NCBI GenBank assembly: GCA_963717435.1
Contig: OY970332.1
Span: 512,001-576,000 of the forward strand
DNA: 64,000 nucleotides
Source of the DNA: an uncultured bacterium
Lineage (GTDB): Bacteria; Babelota; Babeliae; Babelales; Babelaceae
Direction: 5' to 3'
Shown: positions 60,402 through 64,000 of the stretch, in pieces
How the letters are laid out: the number at the start of each line of letters is the position of its first letter
Position numbering within the stretch: the first letter of the stretch is position 1
Translations under genes and position numbers: made by a program
Notes under the pieces: model-generated
Database searches by the model: none
What the model was told of the DNA's origin: nothing
What the model saw: only the letters and a program-made list of their open reading frames with translations

Positions 60402-60719
60402 TTATTTCGCTTGGGTTATGTTATAAACAATTCGATAAGCACTAGTAAGATTATCTTGGGTATCTTTATTGAGTTTGCCATTCGCATCTATTAAGCCAAG
60501 TGAATCCAAAACTCTTTTTATTCTTAGATCAGTAATCGATTTTTCTGGATTTTTGCTCATTTGCTCGAGTTTTGCGAATGCTTCGGCATCGATTCTCAAT
60601 GAGCTAATTTTGTTTACCAACTCGTCTATATCAGTTGCTCCTACAGAGAAAATTGAACTACAACTGGTGATAACAAAAATTGACAAAATTGAGCGTGCGA
60701 TAATATTGGCATTTTTCAT
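60402..60719 (-). CDS. Small secreted hypothetical protein
   Basis: AGGGG RBS, signal peptide. Confidence 0.6.
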   Translation of the reverse strand: MKNANIIARSILSIFVITSCSSIFSVGATDIDELVNKISSLRIDAEAFAKLEQMSKNPEKSITDLRIKRVLDSLGLIDANGKLNKDTQDNLTSAYRIVYNITQAK

Positions 60720-60797
60720 AACTTGCCCCTTTTAGTTTAAATATTTTTATTTGTTCCAACAAAACCGTTTAATTTTACCAGTAAAATTCTCTGCTAT

Positions 60798-62072
60798 CTA
60801 CTTCTTGTTCGATAATATGTAGATCTTGTCGTTTTTTACTATATTTTCAAATCCAAAATCTTTAATTATCTGATTGAGCTTATCATTTGCATTTCTTAGC
60901 AGAGTTAACAACTCTTCTTTTACTTGTTTGTTTTTTAAACCAGAAGCTAATTCTTTTATGTCATTTAATTCTGTCGCAGTAATTCTATACCAGTCTATTA
61001 TGTTATCTATTTCGCCTTTGGTGAAAATATTCGTAGGATATTGGCCGTTAACTATCTCTAGTTTTTTTCCCACTCTTTCAATGTTGCGATTTATATTTTT
61101 GAATTGTCTTATGTATGCATCGGCAAGATCTTCAAAAAATACAGTTAAATCTTTATCTCCCCTGTCAGAATATAGTCTGTCGGCGTAGGCTTTGAACTCA
61201 GATTTGTACTTTGCATCGGTTATTTTTCGTGCAGTTTCTTTTATCTGTAATGCTAATTGTGCTATATCAGATTTTGCTTTTCCAATAACTTTCTCTGTGA
61301 CATTGGGCGCCTGAGGCTGGGCCGGCAGGTTTTCTGGTGAGGTTGGTGAGGGCTTCGGTGTTTCTTCCTTACTAGGCTCAATAGTTCGTTCTTTTGGCCC
61401 TTCGATTTCTTGTTGTTTTGCTTTTTCTTTTTCTTTGCGTTCTTTAGCTTCTTGCTCTTTGGTTTTTTTGGCAGCTTCAATGTCTTGTTCCATTTTTTCA
61501 GCTTTGTTTAATGCAGAAATTAGGGCTCTTGAGTCGGCGTCTATTTTTTTATTAATTGCTCCAAAAAAATCTTTAATTAAAAAAATAACAAAATTTTTGC
61601 ATAGTTCAGTACTGTCTCTCCAAGTTCTTATGTCTTTTGCTAACTTGTAAACATAGTTTAATTTTTCATTAAATTTTTCACTAAAGTCTGCAAGTTGTGT
61701 TTCTTTGCGCGTATTATTTAAGTTCGATGATACTATGCTTTTCAAGCTTGCTGATTGGGAAAATAGATAATTTGTGATCGTGTTTCCGTCCCCATAAATA
61801 TATTCTTTAAAAAGCTTGGGAAAATCTTCTGAGCCAGTTGAATCCATAAAAGTATATATTTTGTCCATTAATTCAGACAGAACTTGTTTATCTTTTTCAT
61901 TTAGATTTATAAAAGTTTTTGAAAAATTTGTTTCCAAAAGATTTTTAAGTTCAGATTTAAGTTTTTTATCTTGTTCTTGAAGCTGTTTTATGTCAGCAGA
62001 TGTTTTTATTGCAAAAACTGGCGCGTGAGTCAAAAATAATAAACCTAATAAAATTAAAGATATTTTTTTCAT
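60798..62072 (-). CDS. Secreted helical protein with central charged, Pro-rich linker
   Basis: Signal peptide; EETPKPSPTSPENLPAQPQAP linker between two helical domains. Confidence 0.75.
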   Translation of the reverse strand: MKKISLILLGLLFLTHAPVFAIKTSADIKQLQEQDKKLKSELKNLLETNFSKTFINLNEKDKQVLSELMDKIYTFMDSTGSEDFPKLFKEYIYGDGNTITNYLFSQSASLKSIVSSNLNNTRKETQLADFSEKFNEKLNYVYKLAKDIRTWRDSTELCKNFVIFLIKDFFGAINKKIDADSRALISALNKAEKMEQDIEAAKKTKEQEAKERKEKEKAKQQEIEGPKERTIEPSKEETPKPSPTSPENLPAQPQAPNVTEKVIGKAKSDIAQLALQIKETARKITDAKYKSEFKAYADRLYSDRGDKDLTVFFEDLADAYIRQFKNINRNIERVGKKLEIVNGQYPTNIFTKGEIDNIIDWYRITATELNDIKELASGLKNKQVKEELLTLLRNANDKLNQIIKDFGFENIVKNDKIYILSNKK

Positions 62073-62184
62073 ATATATACTCTCTAAAACTCAAAAGTGA
62101 CATAAGCTATCATCTAAGTTAGTATCAAAATATCGGATCTAAAAAAAGAGTTTTGTAATAAAGCCTAGAAAATTTGGGTGAGGC

Positions 62185-63114
62185 ATGAAGTTATTTAAGA
62201 TTTTATTTCTAAGTTTATTAAGTTTTTTTATTTTGGAACAAAAATTAATTGGCTACAATTTGCCCAGCATCGATCTGGGGCTGAGCAACTTTCTATGCGG
62301 CTTGCCCTGGGTGCCCGATAAGGGTTGGTATATGAGCCAATATTTAGTATCTTACAACGCAGATAAATTCACGGATGGCGAAGGCAATCTTATCGACCCA
62401 GAAGAATGTCCAAAATACAACGCTGTTTCAGGAATAACTGTGTTTACATACCAATCAAACTGCAGATTTTTAAAAGCAAGACCAGGAGTTGTTTTTGGTG
62501 TTCCATATTGGCTCATGGCAAAAACAAATAAAAATAGTTTTGTGACCAGCAGTGGTAGAGGATTTGGGGATTTGATATCGGAAGTTTTTTTACAATGGGA
62601 TATGGTCAAACGTAATGGACGTGATTTTTTTCAAAGTAATGCGGGCATTCTTTTTACTTTCCCAACGGGAAAATGGGTAGTATGCCCGAATGCTAGCAGT
62701 ACAATCAATCCAGGCAATAACCTATTTTCTATAAGTCCATTTTGGGCATACACTTTTTATATAACTCCAAAGCTTACATTTTCGGGCGTAGATTATTATG
62801 TATTTTCGACTAAAAACCGTACAACAAAAATTCTCGCCGGGCATGCTGTAGTTTTGCTTTATGACTTGCTTTATCAGTGCACGGATAAATTTTATTTTGG
62901 ATTTAATGGATATTACGTTCAGCAGTTACAAAACGATAAATTAAATAACGTTGCTATACCAAAAAGTAAAGAGCGAGTTCTGGGTTCAGGCGCTGGGATT
63001 TTCTATGAGCATAATAAACATAATTATCTTACCCTGCACCTATATTTTGAAAGTTTGGCAAGAAATAGAACCCAAGGCACAAATTTTGTTTTCAGATGGA
63101 TATATGTTTTTTAG
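62185..63114 (+). CDS. SphA/MetA-pathway-like outer-membrane beta-barrel (putative transporter)
   Basis: Signal peptide; DLGLSNF, GFGDL, FPTG, NPGNN, GFNGYYVQQ, terminal Phe. Confidence 0.75.
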   Translation: MKLFKILFLSLLSFFILEQKLIGYNLPSIDLGLSNFLCGLPWVPDKGWYMSQYLVSYNADKFTDGEGNLIDPEECPKYNAVSGITVFTYQSNCRFLKARPGVVFGVPYWLMAKTNKNSFVTSSGRGFGDLISEVFLQWDMVKRNGRDFFQSNAGILFTFPTGKWVVCPNASSTINPGNNLFSISPFWAYTFYITPKLTFSGVDYYVFSTKNRTTKILAGHAVVLLYDLLYQCTDKFYFGFNGYYVQQLQNDKLNNVAIPKSKERVLGSGAGIFYEHNKHNYLTLHLYFESLARNRTQGTNFVFRWIYVF

Positions 63115-63218
63115 CTATATACTGTTGTATTTTGTGACAGGCTGTTTCAAATTTTGAGATTTAATATAAGCTTATTTGAAGCATAAAATAGTTACATTAA
63201 TAGGTAAAAATTACAAAT

Positions 63219-64000
63219 ATGATACAGCTTCGAAATCTGACATTAGATCTTAATGTTAATAAAATCTTTGAGAATATTAGCTGTGTTATTCAGGACGGTG
63301 ACAGGGTCGGCGTAATCGGTCGTAACGGCGCCGGAAAATCCACACTTTTAAAAGTCATAGCAGGTTTAATTAAGCCCACTTCTGGCGATGTTGTGATAGA
63401 AAAACAGGCGCGAATAGCATACTTGCCCCAAGAAGATATTCTTTCTTCTAAGTTAGTTGTGTTTGAAGAAGCATTCTCCGCTTTTTCCAGTTTATTTGAA
63501 ACTGAAAAAAAGATCGGGGAAATCGAAGCTGCCATCTCTGATGGTTCAGTTACTGATTTGCAGCTTGAAGAGTATGCAGAACTTTGCAGTTCCGTGGGAG
63601 ATTTTAGTAGACACGATGCTGTTAAGCAAACTACAGAAGTCCTTACCGGATTGGGCTTCACAGAAACTTCTATGAAAAAAACAGTTGATGAATTAAGCAC
63701 CGGGTGGAAGATGCGTCTTGCGCTTGCAAAGTTATTATTAACAGATGCGGATATGTATCTTTTTGATGAACCCACAAACCACTTGGATATTGTTACACAG
63801 CAGTGGTTCTTGGAAAAATTGCAGGCTATGAAACAGGGCTTTTTGTTGGTCAGCCATGATCAAGTATATTTAGAAAAAGCATGTAACTGCATACTTGAAA
63901 TAGAAAACAAAAAAGGCTCATATTATCGGGGCAATTTAAAATCTTATTTGGCTCAAAAGCAAGCGTCACTTGAAATTGCGCGTGCAACGCGAGCAAGACA
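63219..64000 (+). CDS. ABC-F family ATP-binding protein (3'-truncated by window edge; absent from the ORF track)
   Basis: ATG 63219; translates to GDRVGVIGRNGAGKSTLLK, YLPQE, ELSTGWKMRLALAK, FDEPTNHLD, LVSHD. Confidence 0.92.
   Translation, partial: MIQLRNLTLDLNVNKIFENISCVIQDGDRVGVIGRNGAGKSTLLKVIAGLIKPTSGDVVIEKQARIAYLPQEDILSSKLVVFEEAFSAFSSLFETEKKIGEIEAAISDGSVTDLQLEEYAELCSSVGDFSRHDAVKQTTEVLTGLGFTETSMKKTVDELSTGWKMRLALAKLLLTDADMYLFDEPTNHLDIVTQQWFLEKLQAMKQGFLLVSHDQVYLEKACNCILEIENKKGSYYRGNLKSYLAQKQASLEIARATRAR

Noticed and set aside
63290-63775. Minus-strand 161-aa ORF
   Set aside because: Antisense shadow of the plus-strand ABC-F gene that starts at 63219.

Overview
AT-rich bacterial chromosomal segment. 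Its style (many short orphan proteins with signal peptides, an ankyrin-type protein, and housekeeping genes interleaved with them) suggests a host-associated intracellular lineage such as Dependentiae/TM6, but this is inference only. It carries two surface-polysaccharide gene blocks (oxidoreductase, GT-C, manC, gmd, fcl, GT2, GT32; and methyltransferase-GT2, asnB-type amidotransferase, GT4, GT2, Wzx, GtrA), housekeeping genes (hisS, galE, secA, pgeF, ftsQ-like/ftsA/ftsZ, rlmB, glyA, efp, nusB, clpB, ABC-F), a Ku + ATP-dependent ligase NHEJ pair, three toxin-antitoxin pairs, an aquaporin, two outer-membrane barrels and several tandem paralog families of secreted proteins. The most striking signal is a GC-rich palindromic repeat of about 62-75 bp (core N4-GAGTG-[inner hairpin]-TGTATCGA-N4') found 7 times. 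Its stems show compensatory base changes, it has a nested hairpin-in-hairpin design, and 3-4 copies sit in-frame inside protein-coding genes, reminiscent of Rickettsia palindromic elements. Frameshifts in secA, clpB, wzx and a Cys-rich gene are probably sequencing errors. No rRNA, tRNA, CRISPR array or transposase was recognised.
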